64,000 nt of DNA from Clostridia bacterium (GCA_017450965.1 JAFSSQ010000047.1:4787-68786), one strand, 5' to 3'. Shown: positions 27,501 to 37,771, numbered from the stretch's first letter. Notes: generated from the letters alone by a model not told the origin. Program-made: numbers and translations.

Positions 27501-29330
27501 ATGTCCGTTTTTACGCTGAACAAAACCCTCGCCCTTCTCGGGCGGGCGATGAACCCGGAGGAGGCCGTGCGCCCGGAGATCTCTCTCCCGCACGAAAAGC
27601 CCTCGCTCCCCCTCCGCCCCTCCCCTTCCCCGCTTCCGCGCTGCACGCCGGAGGAGGCGGGCGTTTCCTCCGCGCTCGTCGCCGATTTCCTTGACAAACT
27701 GCAAAAGGACGACTCTCTCAATATGCACGCCGTTCTCCTCGCCCGCGGGGGGCGGATCTTCTGCGAGGCCGCCTTCGGGATGCAGGATCTGCGCGCGCCG
27801 AAATACCTCTTTTCCGCGTCGAAAAGCTTTGTCTCCCTCGCCGTCGGCATCCTCTGCGGGGAGGGCAAGCTCTCTCTGGAAGAAAAACTTTCCGATCTTT
27901 TCCCCGAGGAAACGGGAACGCTCCCCCGCCTGATCCGCCGCGTTCCGACCGTCCGGCAGCTGCTCACGATGACGGCGGGGTCCCTCTTCAACGAGGCGGA
28001 GTCGATGGCGGAGCGGGAGTGGGTCCGCGCCTTTCTCAACGCGACCTCCTACGGCGAGCTCGGCAAGACCTTTTACTACAACAGCCTCAACACCTACGTT
28101 CTGGCCGCCGCCGTCGTCCGGCGCAGCGGCGAGAGCCTGACCGAATATCTGACCAAACGCCTTTTCGCCCCGCTCGGCATCACCGATCTCTACTGGGAAA
28201 AGAGCCCCGAGGGGATCGAAAAGGGCGGCTGGGGCCTCTACCTGCGGGGAGAAGACCTCGTGAAAGTCGGAACGCTCCTGCAAAACGGCGGCGTCTGGGA
28301 GGGAAAACGCCTGATCCCCGCCGACTATCTCCGGGAGGCGATCTCCGAAAAGATCCGCACGCCGGAGGCCTACGGCGCCTTCAACTACGCCTATCAGATC
28401 TGGACCGGCCGCCGCCGCGACTCCTTCCTCTTCAACGGGATGCTCGGGCAGAATCTGTATTGCAACACCGAAAACGGCGTGATCGCGGTCTTTTTTGCCG
28501 GCAACGACGATATGTTCCAGCAGTCCTCCGTCTTTACCTACCTTCTCGAGCGCTTTACCGGTCCCTTCCCCGACGCGCTCTCTCCGGATCCCGCGGGGGA
28601 GGCCGCCCTGCGGCAAAAGCTGGCGGAGCTGACCGCCCTTCCCCTCCCCGCGGCGCCGCTGCCGCCGGCGCCTCCCAAGCCCCGCTCCCTTTTTGCCCGG
28701 CTGCGCGCCCGCTTCGGGAAAGATACGCCCCCGGACGAAACGGCGCCCGCCCCCTCTCCCGCCGAATGCCTCCTCCTCTGCGGCAGGAGTGCCGCGGCGC
28801 CGGAAAAAGGCGGCGCGCATATCGGGTTTTTTCCCTTTTTGATGCAGATCATCCAGAACAACTACACGGCGGGACTGGAGGAGATCTCCTTCTCGCTGCA
28901 AAACGGCGTTTTCCTCCTCCGGTACCGCGAAAAGGACGCCTGCTACACCGTCCCCGTCGGGTTTTACGCGCCCGCCGACGGCGAGCTGAACGTGGGCGGG
29001 GACAGCTTCCGTGTCCGGAGCATCGGGCGTTTTTCCCGCGATCTGCAAAACCGGCTCGTTTTAGAGGTACGCACCGACTTTCTGGAGCTTCCCGTCACCC
29101 GGCTGCTCACCTTTGCGTTCGGGGAAAGCACCGTTCTCCTCTCCCAGCGCGAGCTGCCCGGCAGGAGCGCCGCGCTCGCTTCCCTTGCCTCCACCCTCTC
29201 GCAGTACAGCGATCTCCCCTTCTCCTCCGCGTTGAGCGACCGGCTCTCCGGTCCCGCCGCGCGCCAGCGCATCGCCGCGGTCTTCGAGCCGGAGATCACC
29301 CTCTCCCTCTCCGCCCCGGCAACCGAATAA
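27501..29330 (+). CDS. serine hydrolase, beta-lactamase-like (class C/NylB) with C-terminal extension
   Basis: SASK (SxxK), LLTMTAG, FYYNS, LFAPLGI, NGMLGQ. Confidence 0.85.
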   Translation: MSVFTLNKTLALLGRAMNPEEAVRPEISLPHEKPSLPLRPSPSPLPRCTPEEAGVSSALVADFLDKLQKDDSLNMHAVLLARGGRIFCEAAFGMQDLRAPKYLFSASKSFVSLAVGILCGEGKLSLEEKLSDLFPEETGTLPRLIRRVPTVRQLLTMTAGSLFNEAESMAEREWVRAFLNATSYGELGKTFYYNSLNTYVLAAAVVRRSGESLTEYLTKRLFAPLGITDLYWEKSPEGIEKGGWGLYLRGEDLVKVGTLLQNGGVWEGKRLIPADYLREAISEKIRTPEAYGAFNYAYQIWTGRRRDSFLFNGMLGQNLYCNTENGVIAVFFAGNDDMFQQSSVFTYLLERFTGPFPDALSPDPAGEAALRQKLAELTALPLPAAPLPPAPPKPRSLFARLRARFGKDTPPDETAPAPSPAECLLLCGRSAAAPEKGGAHIGFFPFLMQIIQNNYTAGLEEISFSLQNGVFLLRYREKDACYTVPVGFYAPADGELNVGGDSFRVRSIGRFSRDLQNRLVLEVRTDFLELPVTRLLTFAFGESTVLLSQRELPGRSAALASLASTLSQYSDLPFSSALSDRLSGPAARQRIAAVFEPEITLSLSAPATE

Positions 29331-29375
29331 AAAAAGAGCAGCGTTTCCGGCCGGAGCCGGAGACGCTGTTTTTTC
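29331..29375. terminator. bidirectional intrinsic terminator
   Basis: A-tract CAGCGTTTCCGGC...GCCGGAGACGCTG T-tract between convergent genes. Confidence 0.7.
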
Positions 29376-29828
29376 TCACTTTTCCCGCGGCGCGGCGGGC
29401 CCGCTTTTTTCCTTGCGGAAGACGACGAACTTGCCGAGCAGGTAGTTTGCCGCGATCACGACGAACTGCACGATCAGCTTGGCGAGCTTGTCCCCCATCC
29501 CGCAGAGGGTAACGGCGACGAACATGATCCCCATATCGAGGAGGAGCGTTCCCACGCGCGAGAGGAAAAACGCGCCCGCCTCCTTTGCCACCTTCCCGTT
29601 CTGGCTCCGGAAGACGACGGTGCGGTTGGCAAAATAGGCGAAGGTGACCGCGGCGATCCAGGAGACGACGTTGGCGATCTGGAGTTCGACGGGGTCCTCC
29701 GGGTCGAGAAACTTCACCGTGGCGAGCCAGTATACGCCGAGACTCACCGCGGTCGTCAGCGCGCCCACGATCAGATAGCAGATCAGCTCCCGGTATTTGT
29801 TCCACAGTTTCGTTACGGTCTCGCGCAT
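29376..29828 (-). CDS. GtrA-family flippase-like protein
   Basis: YLIVGALTT, ANVVSW..AVTFAYFANR..VF, NYLLGKFVVF; TTGACT-N17-TAAAAT promoter at 29863-29891 supports this start. Confidence 0.92.
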   Translation of the reverse strand: MRETVTKLWNKYRELICYLIVGALTTAVSLGVYWLATVKFLDPEDPVELQIANVVSWIAAVTFAYFANRTVVFRSQNGKVAKEAGAFFLSRVGTLLLDMGIMFVAVTLCGMGDKLAKLIVQFVVIAANYLLGKFVVFRKEKSGPAAPREK

Positions 29829-30019
29829 CGCTTCCCTCTCCGCCGGTTTTTTATCGTTCTTTATTTTAGCACGGGAAAAAGGCAAAGTCAAGCGAGGGGA
29901 GGCGTACGGTTTTTGGCCTTTTTTTGGCAGATCCCGTGTTTTTTGCGAAACCCCCTTGTCCCGGCGGCAAAAAAAGAGTATCATAGGGCAAAGAAGAAAA
30001 CAGAGAAAAGGAGTCTTCC

Positions 30020-32014
30020 ATGCCCCCACTGAACGAAAAGGACGCGGAACAGAACCGCCGGTATCTGGAGGCGCTCTCCCTCGGATTCCCCACCGTGCGC
30101 GCGGCGGAAGCGGAGATCATCAATCTCCGCGCCATCCTCAATCTGCCGAAGGGGACGGAACACTTCATCTCCGATATCCACGGAGAGCACGAGGCGTTCC
30201 GCCATATCCTCAACAACGCCTCCGGCGTGATCCGGGAAAAGATCGACCTTCTCTTTTCCGCCTCCCTCTCCGAGCGGGAGCGCGCCGACCTCGCCACCCT
30301 GATCTACTATCCCCGCCTCAAGCTACGTTCACTTGCCGCCAAGGGGCTCGTGACCGACGCGTTCATCCGCTCGACCCTCCTCCGGCTGACGGAGATCTGC
30401 CGTCTTGTCGCCTCCAAGTACACCCGCAGCAAGGTGCGCAAGGCGCTGCCCGCCGAATACGCGTATATCTTTGAAGAACTCTTTTACGAAAGCGAGAGCG
30501 AGACGCGGTGCGTCTATCACGAAAACATCCTCTCCTCGGTGATCGCCGTCGGCGCGGCGGAAAGCATGATCGAGGCGCTCGCCGCCTGCATCAAGCGCCT
30601 GATCGTCGACCGGCTGCACGTCGTGGGCGATATCTACGACCGCGGCGCCCGCCCCGATATCGTGCTCGACGATCTGCTCGCCCATCACCGCGTGGACGTA
30701 CAGTGGGGCAATCACGACGCGCTGTGGCTCGGCGCCGCCTTCGGCAGCCGCGCCTGCATCGCCGCCGCCCTCCACAACGCCTTTTCCTACGGCAATCTCG
30801 ACACGCTGGAGATCGGATACGGCATCAGCCTGCGGCCCCTTGCCGTTTTCGCTTCCGAGACCTACCGCAAAAGCGACGTGACCGCCTTCCTCCCGAAGGG
30901 GGAGGACCGGTCCCCTTACGCGGCGGACTCGCCGCTGCTCCTCGCCGCGATGCACAAGGCGATCGCGGTGATCGCCTTCAAGACCGAGGGGGAGATCATC
31001 CGCCGCAACCCGTGGTTTATGATGGACGACCGGCTGCTCCTCGAGAAGATCGACTTCGTGAAAAAGACCGTGAAGATCGCCGGCCGGGACCGCCCCCTGC
31101 GGGACTGCGACTTCCCGACCGTGGACCCGGCCGATCCCTATCGCCTCTCTCCGGCGGAGGAGGAGGTGCTGGAGCAGCTTGAGCGGGCCTTCTCCTCCAG
31201 CGAAAAGCTCCGCGCCCACGCCGCCTTCCTGCTTGAGAAGGGCGGGATCTACCTCTGCTGCAACGGCAACCTTCTCTTCCACGGCTGCGTGCCGATGGAG
31301 GAGGACGGGAGCCTGATGCGCTTCCCCATTGACGGAGCGCTCCTCTCCGGCAAGGCGCTGTTCGACGCGATGGAGCGGACGGTGCGCCTCGGCTGCCACG
31401 CGCCGGAGGACTCGCCCGAGCGGCAGAAGGCGCGGGACCTGTTGTGGTTTTTGTGGTGCGGCAGGTACTCCCCGCTTTACGGCCGGGAAAAGATGACGAC
31501 CTTTGAGAGGGCGCTTGTCGACGACCCCTCCGACCCCTCCCTCATCGAGGAAAAACGCAACCGCTATTATACTCTTTACGAAAACGAGGCGGACTGCCTC
31601 CGCATCCTCGCGGAGTTCGGGCTGAAGGGAAAGCGCGCGCACATCGTCAACGGCCACATCCCCGTCTGCCTCAGCAAGGGGGAAAGCCCCGTCAAGGCGA
31701 ACGGCAGGCTGATCGTGATCGACGGCGGCTTCTGCCGGGCGTACCAGGGCAGGACCGGCTCCGCCGGCTACACCCTCGTCTATAACTCGCGGGGACTGCG
31801 GATCATCTCGCACAAGCCCTTCTCCGGCGTGGAGAACGCCGTGGAAAACGACGAGGACATCGACTCGACCTCCGATCTCTTCGACGAAAGCGACCACCGG
31901 ATCCTTGTAGCGGAAACCGACGACGGCGCCGGGATCCGCCGCCGGATCGAGGGGCTGACGATGCTGCTCGCCGCTTACCGCAGCGGCCTGCTGAAACGAA
32001 AAGAACGCAACTGA
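30020..32014 (+). CDS. fbp: fructose-1,6-bisphosphatase class 3
   Basis: AILNLPKGTEHFISDIHGE, GDIYDRG, QWGNHD, NGHIPV, IDGGF. Confidence 0.96.
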   Translation: MPPLNEKDAEQNRRYLEALSLGFPTVRAAEAEIINLRAILNLPKGTEHFISDIHGEHEAFRHILNNASGVIREKIDLLFSASLSERERADLATLIYYPRLKLRSLAAKGLVTDAFIRSTLLRLTEICRLVASKYTRSKVRKALPAEYAYIFEELFYESESETRCVYHENILSSVIAVGAAESMIEALAACIKRLIVDRLHVVGDIYDRGARPDIVLDDLLAHHRVDVQWGNHDALWLGAAFGSRACIAAALHNAFSYGNLDTLEIGYGISLRPLAVFASETYRKSDVTAFLPKGEDRSPYAADSPLLLAAMHKAIAVIAFKTEGEIIRRNPWFMMDDRLLLEKIDFVKKTVKIAGRDRPLRDCDFPTVDPADPYRLSPAEEEVLEQLERAFSSSEKLRAHAAFLLEKGGIYLCCNGNLLFHGCVPMEEDGSLMRFPIDGALLSGKALFDAMERTVRLGCHAPEDSPERQKARDLLWFLWCGRYSPLYGREKMTTFERALVDDPSDPSLIEEKRNRYYTLYENEADCLRILAEFGLKGKRAHIVNGHIPVCLSKGESPVKANGRLIVIDGGFCRAYQGRTGSAGYTLVYNSRGLRIISHKPFSGVENAVENDEDIDSTSDLFDESDHRILVAETDDGAGIRRRIEGLTMLLAAYRSGLLKRKERN

Positions 32015-32041
32015 AAGGCGCCAAAGGCGCCGGGAGACATT

Positions 32042-32887
32042 ATGCAGCTTTATAATTATCATTCTCACACGGCGCGCTGCGGGCACGCCGACCCCGACTG
32101 GACGGACGAGGACTACGTAAAGGAATACATCGCCGCCGGTTACGAAACGTTCGCCTTCACCGATCACGCGCCGGAAAAGACCCCGGTCGATCTGCGCCCC
32201 CGCATCCGGATGCCGTACGCGCAGAAGGACGAATATCTGGCGAGCGTCCGGTCGCTCCGGGAACGGTACGCGGACCGGATCCGCATCCTCTCCGGGTTTG
32301 AGGTCGAATACTCCCCCGGACGCGAGGAGGAGCTTTTTGAGCTGAAGCGGGAGACCGATATTCTCATCCTCGGGCAGCACTACGTACGGCGCGAGGGGGA
32401 ACCGGAGCCCTGCTACTTCCGGAAAGGCACCTGCCGGGAAAAGGACGTTCGCCTTTTGGGCGAATACGTGGAGCGCGCGATCGAGCTCGGCCTGCCGGAC
32501 ATCATCGCCCACCCGGATCACTACCTGCTCTTCCGGAACACGGAGTTTACCGCGACCGACGCCGAAACGGCGCACCGGATCTGCCGCGCCGCCGCCGAAC
32601 ACGATATCCCGCTGGAGATCAATCTCCACAACATCCTCGGCTGCACCTACCGCCGGAAAGGAGTGGAAGACGACGATCCTTTCCCCGTACAGCGCGAGCG
32701 TATGTCGGAGATTTCCTACCCCAGGCGGGCGTTCTGGGAGATCGCGGCCGAATACCCCGTGCGGGTCCTCTGGGGGATGGACGTTCACCGCCGCGGCGAG
32801 ATCCCCTATTTTGAAAAGCTGACCGCCCTCGCCGCCGATCTGCTTAGCGGCGTGATCGACAAGCTGACCTTCACCGACCGCCCGTAA
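32042..32887 (+). CDS. PHP-domain histidinol-phosphatase-like protein
   Basis: NYHSHTARCGHA, FTDH, GFEVEY, AHPD, EIN, DVH. Confidence 0.88.
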   Translation: MQLYNYHSHTARCGHADPDWTDEDYVKEYIAAGYETFAFTDHAPEKTPVDLRPRIRMPYAQKDEYLASVRSLRERYADRIRILSGFEVEYSPGREEELFELKRETDILILGQHYVRREGEPEPCYFRKGTCREKDVRLLGEYVERAIELGLPDIIAHPDHYLLFRNTEFTATDAETAHRICRAAAEHDIPLEINLHNILGCTYRRKGVEDDDPFPVQRERMSEISYPRRAFWEIAAEYPVRVLWGMDVHRRGEIPYFEKLTALAADLLSGVIDKLTFTDRP

Positions 32888-32896
32888 AACGAAACG

Positions 32897-32936
32897 AAAC
32901 CGCCCGGCTCCGCGTTGCGGAGCCGGGCGGTTTTTT
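32897..32936. terminator. bidirectional intrinsic terminator
   Basis: AAACCGCCCGGCTCCGC-GTT-GCGGAGCCGGGCGGTTTTTT. Confidence 0.85.
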
Positions 32937-32944
32937 CTCTGAGA

Positions 32945-34714
32945 TCAGGGCAGGTCGATCTCTGCGAAGTTCCCCCGGAGCTTATCCTTGAGCGCTTCCG
33001 GCAAGCGGATCTCCACCCGTCCGGAGAAGGCGGCGGAAGCGTCCTGCACCGCGACGATCGAGCCGCGAAACTCCCCGCCGGTCACGGTCACGCGCACGGT
33101 GCCGGTCACGACGGCGGGATCCTTGTCCGCCGTTCCGTTCGTCCCGACCCGGCCGACGCAGCAGAAGTTGCCGGCGAAGACCCCGCCGGAAATAAGGATC
33201 TCGCACTCGCCTTCAAAGGAGTTCATCCCCGTCCCCGCGCAAAGATTGGAGCCGGAGGCGGCGACGAAGGTCCCGCCGGAGATCTCGATCTTCAGCTTGG
33301 CGTCCTTGTCGGTCGTGCCGATCCGCAGGGCGGGATCGCTGCGGCGGTTGCCGCCGCGGAAGTACGCCCAGGTGCCGGACTTGACCGCAAAGGTACAGGT
33401 GCCGTGCAGGCTGACGTTCTCCGTCGGAACGCCGCCGAGCCCGACGTTGTAGCCGGCGTTGAGGAGCGGATAGGTCGTCACGCCCGACGCGAGCGTGCAG
33501 ACGATCCCCTCGCCGAAGGTCACGTTGTGATAGTTGCAGGAAATGATGGGATTGGAGGCGGCCGCCTCGACCGTCAGGTTCTCCAGCGTGTAGTCGCCGT
33601 AAAAGAACAGATGGCGGGAGAGCGAGAGCTTGGCGCCCCGTTCGGCGTAATTCGTCCCCTCCCAGAGAGAGGTGACCGTGATAGGCGCCTCCGTTTCGGG
33701 CAGGTGCGTTTCGTACGAGACGGCGCAGGGGCCGCAGAGAACGACCGTTCCGCCGTTTTTGCGCAGGAGGCCGACCGCCTTCGCCAGCGTATCGACCGGG
33801 CTCTGCGGAGAGGATCCGTCGCCGGACGCTTTGCTCCCGTCGAGGTAGACGACGCCGGTCTCGCTGAGCGCGGGCACGGTGGGAACGAACTCCATCCCCG
33901 TAAAGAAAGAGTAGAACGCGCGCGCGATCTCCCCGTACTGTTCCTTGTTCGGATGGACGCGGTCCGCGTTGTAGTGCATCATCACGTTGAAGTATTCCCG
34001 CGTCATCGTAAAGAGGTCGATCACCTCAAACCCGCCCTCCTCGGCGGCGGCGCGCTGGATCTTCTGGACCTCCCCGTCGCTGAACTCGATGATCGGCTCC
34101 GCGTTCGTCGTCCGGATATGCGTGGCGAGATAGACCTTCTGCACCGTGGGAAGCGCGGCGTACTCCCGCGCGAGCGAGAGGAGCGCCGCCTGAAGATGCT
34201 CGCACGCCTCGCGGCAGGAAAGACTGCGGATATCGTTGCAGCCGAGCAGGATCACGACGATATCGGCGTTGAAGGCAAGACTGTCCTGATACTGCTTGGT
34301 GTTGCGGTAGGTAAGCTCGGGACGGTCGCTCTTGCTGTTATACGGATCGTCCGCGGCAAGCGCGTAGGAGCTCCCCTTGCCGAAGTTACCGACGACGTAT
34401 CCGTCGCCGAGCAGGGCCTGGAGCTGCCCGGGGTACCCCTCGGTCGCCTGTTTTTCCGCGGGCGTGCCGGTCCCCTGCGTGATGCTGTCCCCGATGAAGG
34501 CGATCCGCAGTTTTTTGCCGTCCGACGGAGTCATCGCGTCGAGAACGGAAGAGGTCGTTTCGGCGGGTTCGGTCTCCTCCGGCTGCGTGCCGGCGGGTTG
34601 CGTCCCGTCCGCCGTGTCCGGCGTTTGCGCGGGCTCGCTCCCGCAGGAAGAAAGAGCCGCGGTAAAAGAAGTGAGAAGAAGCGCGGCCAGAACGAGGGAA
34701 AGCATCTTTTTCAT
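32945..34714 (-). CDS. SGNH/GDSL-family esterase lipoprotein with beta-rich C-terminal domain
   Basis: Start MKKMLS (AAGGAG RBS), lipobox LSSC, Thr/Pro linker, GDSIT, GCND, DRVHP. Confidence 0.85.
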   Translation of the reverse strand: MKKMLSLVLAALLLTSFTAALSSCGSEPAQTPDTADGTQPAGTQPEETEPAETTSSVLDAMTPSDGKKLRIAFIGDSITQGTGTPAEKQATEGYPGQLQALLGDGYVVGNFGKGSSYALAADDPYNSKSDRPELTYRNTKQYQDSLAFNADIVVILLGCNDIRSLSCREACEHLQAALLSLAREYAALPTVQKVYLATHIRTTNAEPIIEFSDGEVQKIQRAAAEEGGFEVIDLFTMTREYFNVMMHYNADRVHPNKEQYGEIARAFYSFFTGMEFVPTVPALSETGVVYLDGSKASGDGSSPQSPVDTLAKAVGLLRKNGGTVVLCGPCAVSYETHLPETEAPITVTSLWEGTNYAERGAKLSLSRHLFFYGDYTLENLTVEAAASNPIISCNYHNVTFGEGIVCTLASGVTTYPLLNAGYNVGLGGVPTENVSLHGTCTFAVKSGTWAYFRGGNRRSDPALRIGTTDKDAKLKIEISGGTFVAASGSNLCAGTGMNSFEGECEILISGGVFAGNFCCVGRVGTNGTADKDPAVVTGTVRVTVTGGEFRGSIVAVQDASAAFSGRVEIRLPEALKDKLRGNFAEIDLP

Positions 34715-35206
34715 ATCGTCTCCTTTCGGATATCCAAGTCGCGCGCGGACGGGCAAAGCCCGGATCCCGCGCCGTCCGGAATGGATCCCCGTGCCGTCTA
34801 TTATAGCACGCTCCGGCGCGCTTGCATAGAGAAAACGGAAAAAAAGCCAACTTTGGTCTTTTTTTCGGCGCAATGATTACCAAAAAACAAAGAAAAAACG
34901 CCCGCCGCGGGCGGCCCGTTCTCTCTTTTTTCCCCGTCGGATCGCCTTTTTCGAAAAAAGATCCGGTTTTCTTCCCCTTTTTTCTCCCTTTTTGGCGCCG
35001 TTTTCCTTTGCGGCGCCGCCAAAAAAACGAAACCGGCGCGTCAATCTGACGAAAAAACCGGAAAAACGCCCGCAAAAGCGCACGGCGCGGCGAAAAAGCC
35101 GGAAAAAAGAGGAAATACGCATCTCTTTTTCCGAAAAAGAGAAAGATCCTTCCCGTGGTATCCTGATACGGCTTTGATCCAACGACTGTACAAAGGAGAC
35201 AACACC

Positions 35207-35515
35207 GTGAAGATCCGACGCTTGCATCGCGGGGCGCTGTTCTGCCGCCGACCCATCCCCGGAGGAACGGTATCCTACCGCCTGAAACGCGACAGGGCGG
35301 ACGGCAGGGCGCGCTATACCCTCTCGGTCCGCCGAAGGACCCGGGACGGAAAGGCGGACTGCGTTCTCCCCGACTGCGCCCTCTCGGGCGGGACGGCCGC
35401 GCGCCTGTTCCTGCTCTTTGCCCGGCGGCGCGTACTGCCGGAGGAGGCGCCGTTCGTCTACGACGATCTCTGCGCGGCGGGCGGGGAAAACGCCCTGCCC
35501 GACCCGACCAAATGA
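35207..35515 (+). CDS. small hypothetical protein (DUF6514-like)
   Basis: GTG start with AAAGGAG RBS; YRL...YTLSV...A.RLF..FAR..VLP; followed by a terminator. Confidence 0.55.
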   Translation: MKIRRLHRGALFCRRPIPGGTVSYRLKRDRADGRARYTLSVRRRTRDGKADCVLPDCALSGGTAARLFLLFARRRVLPEEAPFVYDDLCAAGGENALPDPTK

Positions 35516-35530
35516 GAGACCCCGTCCCGC

Positions 35531-35560
35531 AAAAAGCCCCGGGCCGCCCGGGGCTTTTTT
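35531..35560 (+). terminator. intrinsic terminator
   Basis: AAAAAGCCCCGGG-CCG-CCCGGGGCTTTTTT. Confidence 0.8.
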
Positions 35561-35694
35561 GCCTTTTGCCGCCCGGGACCTTTTTTCCGTCCGGGCGGTG
35601 GACAAAACCCGTTTTTTCGGGTAAAATGAAAAAAACGAGAGACTTTTTCTTCCCGACCCGTAGTGTATAGGTGAGGCAGAAAGGATGTGGACCT

Positions 35695-36252
35695 TTGGAC
35701 GATAGTAAGATCATTGAATTGTTCTTTGAGCGCTCGGAGCAGGCAATCGTTGAACTGTCGAACAAATACGGAACAAGATGCCGCAGGATCGCCGAAAACG
35801 TCTTGGGAGACAGAGAAGACGCCGAAGAGTGTGTGAACGACGCGTATCTCGCCGTTTGGAATACCGTGCCGCCGCAAAGGCCGGATCCGCTTTTCACCTA
35901 TCTCGGCCGGATCGTCCGGAACCTGGCGATCAAACGGTATCACGCGAACACCGCCGCAAAGCGGAACGGCGTTTACGACGCGGCGCTGGACGAGATCGCG
36001 GACTGTATCCCCTCCCCCGGCTCCGTCGGGGACGAGCTTGACGCGCGGGAGACCGCCCGCTCCGTCAGCCGCTTTTTAAGCGGACTTGACAGAGAGAGCC
36101 GGATCCTGTTCGTCCGGCGCTACTGGTACGCCGACTCGATCGATGAGCTGGCGGCGCTGCTTCATACCGGCAAGCACAACGTTTCCGTCCGCCTCTCCCG
36201 CCTCCGCAAAAAGCTGAAAAAACACCTTTTAAAGGAAGGAGTTTCGTTATGA
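35695..36252 (+). CDS. ECF RNA polymerase sigma factor
   Basis: DSKIIELFFERSEQAI, DAEECVND, YLGRIVRNLA, region 4 VSVRLSRLRKKL. Confidence 0.93.
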   Translation: MDDSKIIELFFERSEQAIVELSNKYGTRCRRIAENVLGDREDAEECVNDAYLAVWNTVPPQRPDPLFTYLGRIVRNLAIKRYHANTAAKRNGVYDAALDEIADCIPSPGSVGDELDARETARSVSRFLSGLDRESRILFVRRYWYADSIDELAALLHTGKHNVSVRLSRLRKKLKKHLLKEGVSL

Positions 36253-37736
36253 AAAAAGAAAAGATCTCAGACGTTCTCGGCGAGATCGACGAGCGGTATC
36301 TGAGCGAAGCGGCGGCGTTCGCCGCCGAACAGGAAGAAAAGGCGTCCTCCGGCAAGGCCGTCCGCTTTGCGCCCGCGAGAAGAAGCGTCCGTCCCGGGCG
36401 CGCGCTTCTGGCGGCGTGCCTGGCGCTCGTGATGATCGGATCCGCCGCGTTCGCGGTCGCCGCGGAGAGCGGAGAATACCGCGCGGCGACGGCGTTTTTT
36501 GCGGAGAACGGTCTCTCCGCGGAGGGGCTGAGCCGCGCCGAGGTAAAAGCGGTCTACCGCGACATTACCGCGCAGCGCTTCACCTACGAAAAGACGGCAC
36601 AGGTGCTCCGCCAGACCGTGCCCGGCTGGGAGATCCGGCAGGAAACGCCCGCGCCGGAGGAGCTTTCCGCCCTGTGGGAACGGAACGTGAAAAAGACCGT
36701 CCTGCCCGGCGGGGAGATCTCCTACCGCTATACCTATCAGGACGGAAAGGACGCCGAAACGGGCCTTACCGTTCTCAAAAGCAGTACCCTCACCTGCCTC
36801 TCCGGCGAGACCGAGCTCTGGTCGGCGACCTTTACCGGCTTTTTCCTTGACGGCTGCGCCCGCCTGGCAAACGGCACGGCGGCGTGGGGCTGGGAGGAGA
36901 CCCGCTCCGCGGCGGATTCTTCCCACGCGTGGCTCGCCCGCGTCGGAGAAGACGGAACGGTCCTCTGGCAGCGCCGGCCGGATCACGGCTTTTCGCGCGA
37001 GTATATCGCCGCGGTCCTCGAGAACGGGGACGGCACGTGGGCGGTCGTCAGCCGGGGGGATCTGAAGTATCTTTGCCTCAGCACCTGCGACGCCGACGGA
37101 AACGAGCTCAGCTTCCGCAAAACGGAGGTGGGCAATCTCGGGATCCGGAACGCCGCGCGGCTCGGCGACGGCTATCTGATCCAGCTCTGGAACGAAACCT
37201 CCGGAGACACCGCGCTCCTCTGCAAGATGGACCGGGACGGCGCGCTGACCGACAGTTTCTCGTATGAGACCGATACCTGCTGTTACTATATCGCGGATAT
37301 GGTCGAATACGGCGGGCGCGTTTACCTTTCCGCCTACGCCGTTCCCAAAGAAACAGACGAGGGCGGACGGCACGAGATCGCGAGCGTGCTCGACGTTATC
37401 TTCTCGAAAGAGGGAGAAATGCGGAATATCAGCGACGAAGAACTGACCCCGCTCGTCCGGGAGAACTACACGGCGATCCTCTTCCTCTGCGATCCGGAGG
37501 GCGGCGAGCCGCAGACCTTCTACTCGGTCTCCGGTTCCCTCGGCGGCGCGCTGACCGTGACCGGCGCGGGGGAGCTGGAGTGGGACGTGAACGCCGTCGC
37601 CTCCGCTCATTTCTCCCCGATGACAAGTATGTATTCGATCGAAGCCGCCTGCAGAGTGTACCGCTACGCCTTCAGCGCGGAAGGAACGCTCGTCCGGCAG
37701 ACCGACACGGGCGAGACCGTCTCGCACTGCCGGTGA
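36249..37736 (+). CDS. putative anti-sigma factor with extracellular beta-rich domain
   Basis: ATGA overlap with sigma; N-terminal LGEIDERYLSEA, single TM (LLAACLALV), large C-terminal domain. Confidence 0.75.
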   Translation: MKKEKISDVLGEIDERYLSEAAAFAAEQEEKASSGKAVRFAPARRSVRPGRALLAACLALVMIGSAAFAVAAESGEYRAATAFFAENGLSAEGLSRAEVKAVYRDITAQRFTYEKTAQVLRQTVPGWEIRQETPAPEELSALWERNVKKTVLPGGEISYRYTYQDGKDAETGLTVLKSSTLTCLSGETELWSATFTGFFLDGCARLANGTAAWGWEETRSAADSSHAWLARVGEDGTVLWQRRPDHGFSREYIAAVLENGDGTWAVVSRGDLKYLCLSTCDADGNELSFRKTEVGNLGIRNAARLGDGYLIQLWNETSGDTALLCKMDRDGALTDSFSYETDTCCYYIADMVEYGGRVYLSAYAVPKETDEGGRHEIASVLDVIFSKEGEMRNISDEELTPLVRENYTAILFLCDPEGGEPQTFYSVSGSLGGALTVTGAGELEWDVNAVASAHFSPMTSMYSIEAACRVYRYAFSAEGTLVRQTDTGETVSHCR

Positions 37737-37771
37737 TCCCGCGGCTGTCTGACAAACGGCGCGCGACGTGA

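Noticed and set aside
27501-29330. Antibiotic-resistance beta-lactamase
   Set aside because: No signal peptide and no KTG triad; resembles generic serine hydrolases
30329-32788. 819-aa minus-strand ORF and similar long antisense or alternative-frame ORFs across the window
   Set aside because: Overlap confidently identified genes; Arg/Gly/Pro-rich or mirror-codon composition
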